From: Candidatus Parcubacteria bacterium
GTDB lineage: Bacteria > Patescibacteriota > Patescibacteriia > Patescibacteriales > UBA12075
NCBI GenBank assembly: GCA_963814275.1
Contig: CAWFCE010000002.1
Span: forward strand, 939,263 to 1,003,262
DNA: 64,000 nucleotides
Direction: 5' to 3'
The translations under genes were made by a program, and so were the position numbers. The notes beneath the pieces were generated by a model. That model saw only the letters and a list, made by a program, of their open reading frames with translations. It searched no databases and was not told where the DNA came from. Positions 8,652-17,947 of the stretch are shown here, piece after piece. The first letter of the stretch is position 1, and each line of letters begins with the position of its first letter.

Positions 8652-9440
8652 ATGAAGTATTACAATAATTTATTTTATATTTTATTAATACCTTTGGTGT
8701 TAGCGGGTTTAACGGGCCGGGCGGGTTTGGCAATGGCGGAAGTTGATTTGAATAATTTGCGGGCGGAAATTAACGGCCTGGCATCACAAATAGAATCTTC
8801 AAATACACCTAAGCGCGGTACCGGCAGCAATAATGTTAATATACAAAATAATGTTTCCGCGTCAGCGTCGACCGGCGGCAATCACGCGGCCGGCGGGCAG
8901 GTAGTGGAAGGCAAAGCCGAGAGTACCGTGAGCGCCAAGACCGTAATAAACGGGCAAACGGTCAATGACACCGACATCACCGATAGCAGCGGCGGCAATG
9001 CCAGCGCCGTTATCAACCAGCACATAACTGCAGATAACAATACCGCCTCGATTACGGCCGAAATCGAGATGAATGGGGAAAAAAATACGGAAGAAAAGAA
9101 AGTAGACTTGAAAACCGGAAATATCGAAACGGTTGCCCCGGCATTCGTTCCGGCCGCGGCAAAAACCACCGACACTGAAGCAACCGAGTCAATCGCCGAT
9201 GCTTACGTCGCGGCCACAGCGACGTCCGGAGAGCCTGTTATCCGGGACAGCCAAGAGTCAGAAGCGGTATGTTCGGCCACGGAAACCAGCACTTGCCAGT
9301 CCGATATCGCAAGTAATATCACCACGACAACCGATCAAGCCGGGACAGTAGGAAACACTAATGCTTTTTTGTCGGTCTGGCTGGCGATAGTCGATACGAT
9401 AAAGCAGGGGATCAATAAATTATTTTCCATATTCGCTTAA
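8652..9440 (+). CDS. Secreted protein with one degenerate ANTG-type motif (hypothetical)
   Basis: 262 aa with signal peptide ...LTGRAGLAMAE. NIQNNVSASASTGGNHAAGG resembles the N-x-V-S-A-x-A-N-T-G-x-N motif of the neighbouring genes. Same strand, tight spacing. Confidence 0.7.
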   Translation: MKYYNNLFYILLIPLVLAGLTGRAGLAMAEVDLNNLRAEINGLASQIESSNTPKRGTGSNNVNIQNNVSASASTGGNHAAGGQVVEGKAESTVSAKTVINGQTVNDTDITDSSGGNASAVINQHITADNNTASITAEIEMNGEKNTEEKKVDLKTGNIETVAPAFVPAAAKTTDTEATESIADAYVAATATSGEPVIRDSQESEAVCSATETSTCQSDIASNITTTTDQAGTVGNTNAFLSVWLAIVDTIKQGINKLFSIFA

Positions 9441-9463
9441 AAATCCTTAAATACGGCAAATAT

Positions 9464-12400
9464 ATGTCCACAACCTTCAATCTAAAACAGAAACCAATGC
9501 GTAAATACGCGGTTTATGCTCTGGTTTTTGTGTTTGTCTTCCAGTTAAGCGCCGGTTTTACTGTGTTGGCCGATGACGCGCCCGGAGACACAGTGATAGC
9601 TACCGGTGATGCCAGCGTCTCCCTGGGCGCCGGCAACGACATTAATCAAAACATTTATGCCAGTACCGGTCCGACCGGCAATACTACCGCCGACCCGGCA
9701 ATAGCCGATCCGCTGCCGGCAGACAACGGCAATACAGCTATCGATCCCACGGCTTCCCCGGACGCAAACCAGGACAGCCAGATAATTCCCGATCAGCAGA
9801 CAGCCGATGCAAATACCGACCCCGCAGCCCTTATTGCCGATACTATCGGCCAGAGCGGCACGGGTACGGGAGATCTGAATGTGCTAAACAACCAGAATAA
9901 CGGAGCAGTCGGCAACAACCTGGCCGGTACGAGTACGACCGGTACCAATGGTATCACGGGCAGCGACGGCAATACTTATATACTGACCGGCGATGCCGGG
10001 CTGGGGTCGGCAGTTGCCAACAATGTCAATGGCAATATCGCTTCGACTACCTGTCCGGATTGCCCCGGTGACGGTGCGACCACCACGACCCTGGTGGACA
10101 ATACAAACCTGGGCAGTACCACCAATGCCGTAAAGCTAACCGGCATTACCGGGGATAACCAGATCGCCACCAGCGGGGGCGATGCCGTAATTTCGACCGG
10201 CGACGCCAACATTATCAGCGTAATAGTCAATTTCATCAATACGAATATTTTCGGCAAAGGCGTCGAGTATTTCGTCAACGTCTGGAATAACGTAATGCAG
10301 AACCTGGATCTGTCCGGATACCAGGGCCAGGCGGGTCAGGCCGGCGATGTCGGCGCGTGCGAGGTGAATAATTGCCTGGTCTCGATAAACAATCTGAACA
10401 CCGGTGAAATCGCCAACGATGTCGTGATAGCCGCCAATACGGGCGGAAACGCGATCGCCTCGACCAGCGGCGCCGCCATCATCGAAACCGGGGATATCAA
10501 TATTACCAATGACGTATTGAATATCGCCAACCTGAACATTACCGGCAATGGCTGGTTCTTCGCCGTGGTGAATATTTTCGGTGAACTGAACGGCGACATT
10601 ATCCTGCCCCCTTATAATCAGGCGACCGGGACTAAAGCCACCACCAGCCTGGTCGAAAAACTGGCAACCAAGGGCACGGAAACAGCCGAAGTGATAATCA
10701 CCAATACGAACAACGCGGCTGTCGTCAACAGCTCGGATGTCCAGGCCAATACCGGCAGCAACGATATCGGCACCTCGAGCGATGCCGTCATCACGACCGG
10801 TAACGCGACTGTCCGTTCCCAGACTTTCAATTTGATAAACTACAACGTCTACGGCGATACCTGGAAATTCGCCCGGGTGAATATCTTCGGCGATTGGCAC
10901 GGCTTCATAAACGGCCTGCCGCCTGGATATAATTATGTGCAGGACGACGGCGGCATTACAGTGTATAGCGACATATTGGATGATCCGGCGCTGAATGCCC
11001 AGTTCGCCAAGCTCCTGGTGAATAATCAAAATAACGCCACCACGACCAATAGTATAACGATCGACGCCAGCACCGGAGATAACAGCATCCTGCACGCGGG
11101 CGGCGGGGCGACGATAGATACCGGCAATATAAATATTATGAACAGCCTCCTGAATTTCATCAATTCCAACTTCACCGGCGACAACTGGCAGTTCAGCATG
11201 ATCAATGTATTCGGCAAGTGGCAGGGTAATCTGGCCTTCGGCCAGCCCGATCTGTGGATCACGGAATCGATCAAATCACCGACGCCGGCAGTGGAAGGCA
11301 ACGGCATAACCTATACATTCCTGTACGGGAATAAAGGCGACTCAGCCGCGACCAACGTGCAATTGGAGGATATTTTCGATGATAGTTACATGAAGGCCGG
11401 ATCTTTGGCCGGCGGCATAGTAAATGGCAACAAGATCAGGTGGACGCTCGACAATATACCGCCCAACAGCCAGGGCAGCTTCAGCTACACGCTCAAAGTA
11501 AAAGACGATATTCCGGACGCAAGCGCGCAAGTCGCCAACCAGGTAAAAATATCCGGGACAGAAGGGGATAGGAACTATGACGACAATACGGCCGGCGGCA
11601 GTTTTACCGCCGAACACAGCCGCGCGCCATTGCGGAATGAAGCTTTCGATATCGCCAACCTGAGTGGCGGCGGCGAGGGGATGACAGCATTGTCGGTCAT
11701 CAAGACCAATGACGCGGCCGATATCGTCAATCCGGGTGATATCGTCAATTTCCATATCGTGGCCGACAACAACGGCGCGATTGCCGCCGAAGAAGTCTAT
11801 GTCATGGACAAAATGATCAATCTCGACACCAATGAAGTGATTAACGAATCATTCTGGAATCTGGGGACAGTGCAAAGCAATGAGGAAGTTATGATCGATT
11901 ATTCCCTCGAGATCACCAATGTGATCAAAACCGGCACCTATATCAACCAGGTGGTGGTGGAAGGCTGGGATCCGGCCCAGGGGATATACGCGACCGCTTA
12001 CGGTTCATCCAAAATAGAAGTGGTAAACGACGATTGGCACGAACCGGGACCGGCTAATATCGCCGTAACGCATACCCCGGCGGAGAGCCAGTCGCAGCCG
12101 GGCTCGACTGTTGACTATACGATAACCGTTACCAATAACGGCGGAGTCCAGGCCAAAGATTCTTATGTATCCGTAAGCCTGCCTAAAGGATTGACATTTT
12201 ACGGTGAAAATGGTATAAACTATAAACAATGGTACATTGAGCTTTTGAATCCGGGCGGTTTCCAGGATATAGAATTTACTGTCGCTTTGGATGATAATAT
12301 AGAGAATGGACTGTATACCAGCCAGGCAGTAGCCCGGGTCGGCAATCAGGTGACCGGTACAAACAACGCTACCCTGGCGGTTAAAAATTCCTTGCAGAAA

Positions 12401-12739
12401 AGCGGTGTAAGCGCCAACAATAAGGAACAGTCAAACGCAGTAGTCGCACAATCCGCCCCCAATACCAGCATCAGACGAACAATCCTAAGCGGTACAACCC
12501 CCGATAACAACGAAACGGGGGGCGCGGCGCAACAAACAGGCGACGTGGTCAGTGTTCCATCCGTAAAACCGGCGGTGGCGGCGGCGTTTGACGCGAATAA
12601 TGAAATGCCGGCGCCGGAAAATCCCTGGTACAACATGGCGAAATTGGGCCTGGCGCTGGTGCTACTATTGATATTATTCATTTTGGTATCGATCACGCAA
12701 AAATACATGAACGCCAGACCGAGGCAAATACGGACATAA
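9464..12739 (+). CDS. Giant surface protein: N-terminal array of long ANTG/TGD-type repeats, three DUF11-like repeats, C-terminal TM anchor
   Basis: 1091 aa with an N-terminal signal. Repeats include IAANTGGNAIASTSGAAIIETGDINITNDVLNIANLNITGNGWFFAVVNIFGELNGDI, VQANTGSNDIGTSSDAVITTGNATVRSQTFNLINYNVYGDTWKFARVNIFGDWHGFI and IDASTGDNSILHAGGGATIDTGNINIMNSLLNFINSNFTGDNWQFSMINVFGKWQGNL. DUF11-like segments include ITYTFLYGNKGDSAATNV and VDYTITVTNNGGVQA. C-terminal helix LGLALVLLLILFILVSI plus a basic tail. No LPXTG-type motif. Confidence 0.85.
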   Translation: MSTTFNLKQKPMRKYAVYALVFVFVFQLSAGFTVLADDAPGDTVIATGDASVSLGAGNDINQNIYASTGPTGNTTADPAIADPLPADNGNTAIDPTASPDANQDSQIIPDQQTADANTDPAALIADTIGQSGTGTGDLNVLNNQNNGAVGNNLAGTSTTGTNGITGSDGNTYILTGDAGLGSAVANNVNGNIASTTCPDCPGDGATTTTLVDNTNLGSTTNAVKLTGITGDNQIATSGGDAVISTGDANIISVIVNFINTNIFGKGVEYFVNVWNNVMQNLDLSGYQGQAGQAGDVGACEVNNCLVSINNLNTGEIANDVVIAANTGGNAIASTSGAAIIETGDINITNDVLNIANLNITGNGWFFAVVNIFGELNGDIILPPYNQATGTKATTSLVEKLATKGTETAEVIITNTNNAAVVNSSDVQANTGSNDIGTSSDAVITTGNATVRSQTFNLINYNVYGDTWKFARVNIFGDWHGFINGLPPGYNYVQDDGGITVYSDILDDPALNAQFAKLLVNNQNNATTTNSITIDASTGDNSILHAGGGATIDTGNINIMNSLLNFINSNFTGDNWQFSMINVFGKWQGNLAFGQPDLWITESIKSPTPAVEGNGITYTFLYGNKGDSAATNVQLEDIFDDSYMKAGSLAGGIVNGNKIRWTLDNIPPNSQGSFSYTLKVKDDIPDASAQVANQVKISGTEGDRNYDDNTAGGSFTAEHSRAPLRNEAFDIANLSGGGEGMTALSVIKTNDAADIVNPGDIVNFHIVADNNGAIAAEEVYVMDKMINLDTNEVINESFWNLGTVQSNEEVMIDYSLEITNVIKTGTYINQVVVEGWDPAQGIYATAYGSSKIEVVNDDWHEPGPANIAVTHTPAESQSQPGSTVDYTITVTNNGGVQAKDSYVSVSLPKGLTFYGENGINYKQWYIELLNPGGFQDIEFTVALDDNIENGLYTSQAVARVGNQVTGTNNATLAVKNSLQKSGVSANNKEQSNAVVAQSAPNTSIRRTILSGTTPDNNETGGAAQQTGDVVSVPSVKPAVAAAFDANNEMPAPENPWYNMAKLGLALVLLLILFILVSITQKYMNARPRQIRT

Positions 12740-12754
12740 TTAAATCGGACATAG

Positions 12755-13423
12755 ATGGCATACAAATTGGATTTGAATCCAAATAAAGATAAAAATAGAA
12801 TGCTGAAAATTCTGGTGCTCGCACTGGAATTTTTGGCTGTCGGATTGATTATCTATATTGTCGTGCTGCCGTTTTATCCGGCTCTCAAATACAAAGTCGT
12901 ATATGAGGGCCAGGCAGGTTTGCCGGAATCCGCCGATCGCGAGGTGATTAAGGAGCAAGTAGCGGATTTCCGCAACCACTTACCCGACAGCGCGTATGAC
13001 GTTTCCCCCAACCGGGTGATCATTCCCAAGATCGGGGTAAACGCGCCGATCGTGGTCACGCAGAATTCCGACTACGGACTATCACTCGGCTCCTGGCTGG
13101 TACCGGACACTTCCACCCCGGACAAAGGCGGCAATACGGTGCTGACCGGACACCGCTTCAAGTATTTGCCGCCGAACAACCTGACTTTCTATCTGCTGGA
13201 CAAACTGGCGCCGGGCGACCTGGTTTCGGTGGTATGGAAAGACAATGATTACCTGTATAAGGTCAGGGAACTTAAGGTCGTTGATCCGACGGAAGTATCG
13301 ATATTGAACCCGACCAGCGCCCCGGTGCTGACTTTGTATACTTGCACGCCGATCTATTCCACGGCCCAGCGGCTGGTAGTGATAAGCGACCTTATAGAAA
13401 CGACGAAACACGAAGAGATCTGA
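12755..13423 (+). CDS. Sortase family transpeptidase
   Basis: 222 aa with an N-terminal TM helix (ILVLALEFLAVGLIIYIVVLPF). Catalytic His in VLTGHR, catalytic Cys in LTLYTCTP, and a downstream Arg (AQRLVV). Confidence 0.85.
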   Translation: MAYKLDLNPNKDKNRMLKILVLALEFLAVGLIIYIVVLPFYPALKYKVVYEGQAGLPESADREVIKEQVADFRNHLPDSAYDVSPNRVIIPKIGVNAPIVVTQNSDYGLSLGSWLVPDTSTPDKGGNTVLTGHRFKYLPPNNLTFYLLDKLAPGDLVSVVWKDNDYLYKVRELKVVDPTEVSILNPTSAPVLTLYTCTPIYSTAQRLVVISDLIETTKHEEI

Positions 13424-13468
13424 CGAGTGCCATGGTCCATTGGCGGCACGGTCTGCGGGATTGTTTAA

Positions 13469-13504
13469 ATAAAAAACGGCTATGAAAGCCGTTATTTTTT
13501 TTAT
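13469..13504. terminator. Bidirectional terminator between convergent genes
   Basis: Stem AACGGCT / AGCCGTT, flanked by an A-run on the 5' side and a T-run on the 3' side. Sits between the sortase (+) and the hydrolase gene (-). Confidence 0.65.
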
Positions 13505-13553
13505 TTAAATTGTGTAAATTAGATTGTTATCAATGAATCCCTGAACTAATCCT

Positions 13554-14933
13554 TTATTGGCCAGAAGGAAATATCTCCGGCAATTTATCCCATAATTCCG
13601 GGGCAGAGGCCGGCATGTACCATTCCGTACCTTCGGCGCCGTATTTGAATATCGCGATAGCCAAAAGATTGCCGGTTTTTTTTGCAGCCGAAGCGTCATT
13701 GGTTAGCTTCGCCACGTTCGGTTTGAACCACAACGGCGGTTCGGTCCAGGCTCCCAGCGCGACGATCATTTGCGCCCGCGGATTGATCGCACGGACGGCA
13801 TTATGGGCGCGGGTAGCGACCGTTTGGACAAGGTCGGAATAATATTCGTCAACATTCGAATAGGCGTTGACCATCACGATATCGGCCACGCCAGGGCCGA
13901 ACGCGTTTCCTGTCCGGAAAAAATCACTGTCATAATCGTAGAAATACCAGCCGTTCATCCGAACCATGACCGGCCGCGACGGATCGGCTGCTTTGACGTC
14001 TTTATAGGCGGTTTGCAACTGTCCCAGGGTAATCGCCTGATCATGCGCCGCCCAGTCGTCGTCGTAGCGCTCTGCGTTCGGAAAATTTTGCCCATCTTCG
14101 TTCGAGATATCCCAGGCGTAAATAGCGGGGTGATAGGCCCATTTCTTGACCCAGGATTGCACTTTGTCTTTCTGCCACTCCGGTTTTTGGTCTGCGGAAT
14201 AGTTATCGTCGCAGGGATAACCCCATTCCGCTTCACCGGCGCCAGCCGGCATGATCACTTTAAGACCTGCATCTTTGGCGCTTTCCAGAAAACTAAGCAC
14301 GTCGGAACCACGGGCGCAAATATCAAAATTGCCCTCGATAATATCGAACCCGGCTTGTTTGATTCGGTTGAAGTCGGCGGGGGCGAGGCCGAAACGGTCG
14401 AGATAAGGTTCGCCCACGTCCTTGATCATCAACAGATACGGACGTGACGCTACGTCCATGACAGAATCTTCCGTGACTGGCTGGGTCGCAGTATCTTCAC
14501 TTCCCGTGGTTGGTATGATGGCGGATTCTTTTTCCGTTTCCGGAACCGGCGGCTGCACAGCCTCGGTTTCGGTCTTCTCTTCTGTATTGTCTGGCAATCC
14601 GGACAGAACTTCGTCTTCTTGACCGGACTCGACAGCCGGTTCGCTCTTTTCCGGGTCGTTTGAGGCGATTGACGGCTCAACACTTTCATCCATTGCGCTG
14701 GATGAGGCAAACAGGGAGGCTATTCCACTGGATGTGGCTAATGAATCCTCGGTATCAGCCACGCTAGCCGGCGTGTCCGCAATGACTGATGCGGAGGGCG
14801 GATCAACTGCCAAAATGGGCGGTACGCCATAAAATCGATGATAAAATAATTGGAATAGTAAACCCATCACTGTCAGGATTACCAGGGCGCTGATAAGTAA
14901 AAAAAGAAAATTCATTTTTAGGGTTTTGGACAT
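13554..14933 (-). CDS. Membrane-anchored secreted glycoside-hydrolase-like protein (TIM-barrel, clan GH-A-like)
   Basis: 459 aa with N-terminal anchor FLFLLISALVILTVMGLLF and a Ser/Glu/Thr-rich linker. Catalytic-type motif AIYAWDISNEDG (the Asn-Glu acid/base typical of GH5-like enzymes). A later hydrophobic strand ends in Glu (MIVALGAWTEPP). Family assignment not verified. Confidence 0.55.
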   Translation of the reverse strand: MSKTLKMNFLFLLISALVILTVMGLLFQLFYHRFYGVPPILAVDPPSASVIADTPASVADTEDSLATSSGIASLFASSSAMDESVEPSIASNDPEKSEPAVESGQEDEVLSGLPDNTEEKTETEAVQPPVPETEKESAIIPTTGSEDTATQPVTEDSVMDVASRPYLLMIKDVGEPYLDRFGLAPADFNRIKQAGFDIIEGNFDICARGSDVLSFLESAKDAGLKVIMPAGAGEAEWGYPCDDNYSADQKPEWQKDKVQSWVKKWAYHPAIYAWDISNEDGQNFPNAERYDDDWAAHDQAITLGQLQTAYKDVKAADPSRPVMVRMNGWYFYDYDSDFFRTGNAFGPGVADIVMVNAYSNVDEYYSDLVQTVATRAHNAVRAINPRAQMIVALGAWTEPPLWFKPNVAKLTNDASAAKKTGNLLAIAIFKYGAEGTEWYMPASAPELWDKLPEIFPSGQ

Positions 14934-14964
14934 ATTCTAATTGAGCGTATAATATGCGTGATTA

Positions 14965-17613
14965 TTAATCCGTGAGTTTGTCCAATTGGACATTGTCGAT
15001 GTATATTTCTCCGGTCGAATTCGCGACCAGATAAGTCTGTATCGAAGCCGTAAACACCATGGCTGATGTGGGCGTATAATCGTAGGTTACGATGCCGCTT
15101 TGGCCGATGGTTTGGTAGCCCAGCCATTTGCCGGATAACCAGTTATTGTTAAGGTCATATTCATCGACATACAACCCGGCTTCACCGGAAATCTGGCCGG
15201 TAGCATCGACAAAGGCGCTGACATTATATTGGCTCGAACTGGCAACCAGGGCCTGGGGACTGAAGAGATGGGCTGATGAGCCGCCGCCGGTCATTTTGAT
15301 ATTGGCATCGACCGTCGGTTCTACCCCCCGGCTGGTGGTAGAATATTGTACTTGTTCGCTGTTCCTTACCGTCCAGCCATCGGCCAAGCCGGCGCTGAAA
15401 TCCGAGTTCGGAAGGGGCGGTTCCGCCGGTTCCGGCTCGGGGGCCAGAGCGGCCATTTCGACATTATCGATATAAGCTTCGCCTGAGGCCAGGGCGGTCA
15501 GATAGATCTGGACCGACGCGGAATACACTTGGGCCGAACTTGGTTGATAGCTGTATTCCAGGCTGTTTACCCCGCTCAGCGGGGCATAGCCCAGCCATTT
15601 GCCGGAAATCCAGTTGCCGGCATCATTATATTCGTCCAGGTAGCAGCCGGCCTCGCCGCTGGTCAGGTCCACTGTGTCAATATGCGCCTTAACGGCATAC
15701 TTTTCCGTACTGTCGACAAGGGCTTTCGGGCTGAAAAGGTGAGCACTGGAGTCACTGCCGGTCATTTTGACGCTGGCATCGGCCGTCGGGTCGACACCGC
15801 GGCTGGTAGTGGCCAGGGTAACTTGTTCGGGCCGGTTCGTATGCCAGCCGTCGCTGATACCATTGCCGAAATCGCTGTTGGCGAAAGGCAGGGCCGCCGG
15901 AAGGGGTTCCGGCGCGGTTATGTTAAGGTCGACATTATCGAGATAGACGGCGCCGGTGGAATTGGCTGTCATGTAGACCTGTACGGACGCGGACATTACC
16001 AGGTCGTTAGTGGGCTGGTACTTGAACGCGAGATTACCGGCATAACCGATGGGCTGGTAACCCAGCCATTTCCCGGAGACCCAGGCCTCGGCTTGGTCAT
16101 ATTCATCCATATACAATCCTGTTTCGCCGGCTGTCTGGTCGGTAGCGTCGATATAAGCGGTAACATCATAACTCTTAGCGCTGTCAACCTGAACCTGCGG
16201 ACTGAAAACATGAGCGGCCAGCGCCCCGCCATCCATTTTTATATTTGCCTCGGCGGTCGGTAAAATCCCGCGGCTGGTGGTAGAAAACGCCACTTGGGCG
16301 GTATTGTCGGTGGTCCAGCCTTCGGCCACGCCGCCGGAAAAATCACTGTTTTGCAGCGGCGGATATGGCAGTAGGGAAGCTATCGGATTCGGGGTAGGCA
16401 AGGGTGCGCCTTCTCCCATCTCGAAGAAATCGGCGTTATCGACGTAGACATAGCCGACTGAACCGGCGGCAAGATAGATGCGCAAGCCGACCGAGGCGAT
16501 ATCCGCGCTTGCGGGCTGGTAAGCGTATGATTCATCGATCACGTTATTAGGGGAACTGGTCCCCAGGAATTTCCAGGAGATCCAATCGCCGGCGTTATTG
16601 TATTCATCGAAGTAATAACCGAATTCCCCGCTTTGCAGATTTACGGTGTTATTGAAGATCCGCACTCCATACTCTGTGGTCGAGCTGACTGATACACTGG
16701 GGCCGTATAGATAAGCACTGGCCGCGCCTCCCATGAGCTCAACCGAAGATGCCGGGGTCGGTACGGCCCCCCGGCCGCCTCCGTCGACAAAAACCTGGGC
16801 TGGAGTCGGCGTAGTCCAGCCATCCGCCAGGCCGTTATTGAAATCGGAATTGGGCAGCAAACTGTCTTTCATATTCAGGGTTTCGGCGATCGATTTGGTT
16901 TTTATCCCGTAGGAATCGAGCAAAGCCATCAGGGCTTCCAGGTCGGCAGTCGGCCAGGAATATGTGTCGTCAATGGCCACGGTCGGCAGGATTTCGTGGA
17001 ATACTATGATCAGCCAATAATTGTTGGCAGTCGCTTCCTGGATCCAGCTTTCCACTTCAGCCAGAGTGGTCTGATTGGTGATCTGCTGGACATAGAGCAA
17101 ATACTCGTTGTAAGGCCAGGCGTTGTAACCGATATCATGATATCCCCGATGATTTTCGAAATAGGACGCGATATCCGCAATTACCGTATTGTCATAAGCC
17201 CCGAATGGAGTGGCGAAGCTGACCGGCTGCAATCCGTGGGCGGCCAGAAGTTCGTAGTTATCCCGGACCTGTGCTTCGATCTCTTCCGGGGTCAGGAGGG
17301 GCAATTCCGAGTGGTCGACCGAATGTCCGCCTACTTCCCAGCCTTCCTGGACCATGGAGACTAGGTTGTTCCAGGTCATATAGCCTTCCGTGCCGATCAG
17401 TCCGCTCGGAACGTAGATCGTCGCTTTTTGGCCGGCTGCCTTGATGATCGGTGCGGCATATTGGTATTGCGATAGCGCGGCATCGTCAAAGGTCAGGGTG
17501 ATCACCGGTTCCGGGGCGGCGAAATCGATCTTTCCGATCGTAAACGAGCTAAGGATAGTGACGACCAATAAAGTGGCTTTTATTTTGTTGGGGAAATGCG
17601 ATTTTTTTGCCAT
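14965..17613 (-). CDS. Polysaccharide deacetylase (CE4 / NodB homology domain) with four C-terminal CBM-like repeats
   Basis: 882 aa with a signal peptide. NodB motifs TLTFDDA and GGHSVDH. These are followed by four about 155-aa repeats, each starting [LP]PNSDF-x-G-[LIV]-[AS]-[DE]-GW and ending [VI]-Y-[IV/L]-DN-[VA]. Confidence 0.85.
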   Translation of the reverse strand: MAKKSHFPNKIKATLLVVTILSSFTIGKIDFAAPEPVITLTFDDAALSQYQYAAPIIKAAGQKATIYVPSGLIGTEGYMTWNNLVSMVQEGWEVGGHSVDHSELPLLTPEEIEAQVRDNYELLAAHGLQPVSFATPFGAYDNTVIADIASYFENHRGYHDIGYNAWPYNEYLLYVQQITNQTTLAEVESWIQEATANNYWLIIVFHEILPTVAIDDTYSWPTADLEALMALLDSYGIKTKSIAETLNMKDSLLPNSDFNNGLADGWTTPTPAQVFVDGGGRGAVPTPASSVELMGGAASAYLYGPSVSVSSTTEYGVRIFNNTVNLQSGEFGYYFDEYNNAGDWISWKFLGTSSPNNVIDESYAYQPASADIASVGLRIYLAAGSVGYVYVDNADFFEMGEGAPLPTPNPIASLLPYPPLQNSDFSGGVAEGWTTDNTAQVAFSTTSRGILPTAEANIKMDGGALAAHVFSPQVQVDSAKSYDVTAYIDATDQTAGETGLYMDEYDQAEAWVSGKWLGYQPIGYAGNLAFKYQPTNDLVMSASVQVYMTANSTGAVYLDNVDLNITAPEPLPAALPFANSDFGNGISDGWHTNRPEQVTLATTSRGVDPTADASVKMTGSDSSAHLFSPKALVDSTEKYAVKAHIDTVDLTSGEAGCYLDEYNDAGNWISGKWLGYAPLSGVNSLEYSYQPSSAQVYSASVQIYLTALASGEAYIDNVEMAALAPEPEPAEPPLPNSDFSAGLADGWTVRNSEQVQYSTTSRGVEPTVDANIKMTGGGSSAHLFSPQALVASSSQYNVSAFVDATGQISGEAGLYVDEYDLNNNWLSGKWLGYQTIGQSGIVTYDYTPTSAMVFTASIQTYLVANSTGEIYIDNVQLDKLTD

Positions 17614-17633
17614 AGTATGTTCGAAATATTTAA

Positions 17634-17858
17634 TTAAGGTAATTTTTCCGGATTGTCGAAATCGGAAAAATATTTTTTTAAATTAATAAAAAAACGGGAC
17701 AAAGTCGCCGTTAAGAAAAATAACGAAATCAAGGTCAGGATCATCAGGCCCCAGACCACGATAACATGGGTCGTGTCATGCAAATAAAAGGCCACCGCGA
17801 ACGAGCCAACGGGGATGGTAAAACCCGATATAACCGTACCGCCATGAAAATTAAACAT
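17634..17858 (-). CDS. Small two-TM membrane protein (position equivalent to IcaD/PgaD)
   Basis: 74 aa with two hydrophobic helices (ISGFTIPVGSFAVAFYL and VIVVWGLMILTLISLFFL). Wedged between the GT2 synthase and the deacetylase on the same strand. Confidence 0.55.
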   Translation of the reverse strand: MFNFHGGTVISGFTIPVGSFAVAFYLHDTTHVIVVWGLMILTLISLFFLTATLSRFFINLKKYFSDFDNPEKLP

Positions 17859-17947
17859 AATATTAGGGTAATTTGAATAATAATTTAATGAAACCTTATA
17901 TTAATTCACAGAAAAATGCAAGTAGACGATAACACTGCCGATAGATC

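Noticed and set aside
10136-11095. Long antisense ORFs inside large GC-rich genes (319 aa here; also 1462..2238, 6994..7695, 7250..7837, 15529..16263, 18338..18985, 21058..21780, 41381..42028, 42999..43628, 45029..45910, 46729..47469)
   Set aside because: These are shadow ORFs opposite well-supported genes. Their compositions are Arg/Gly/Asp-rich mirror images without motifs. The sense-strand genes have clear domain signatures.
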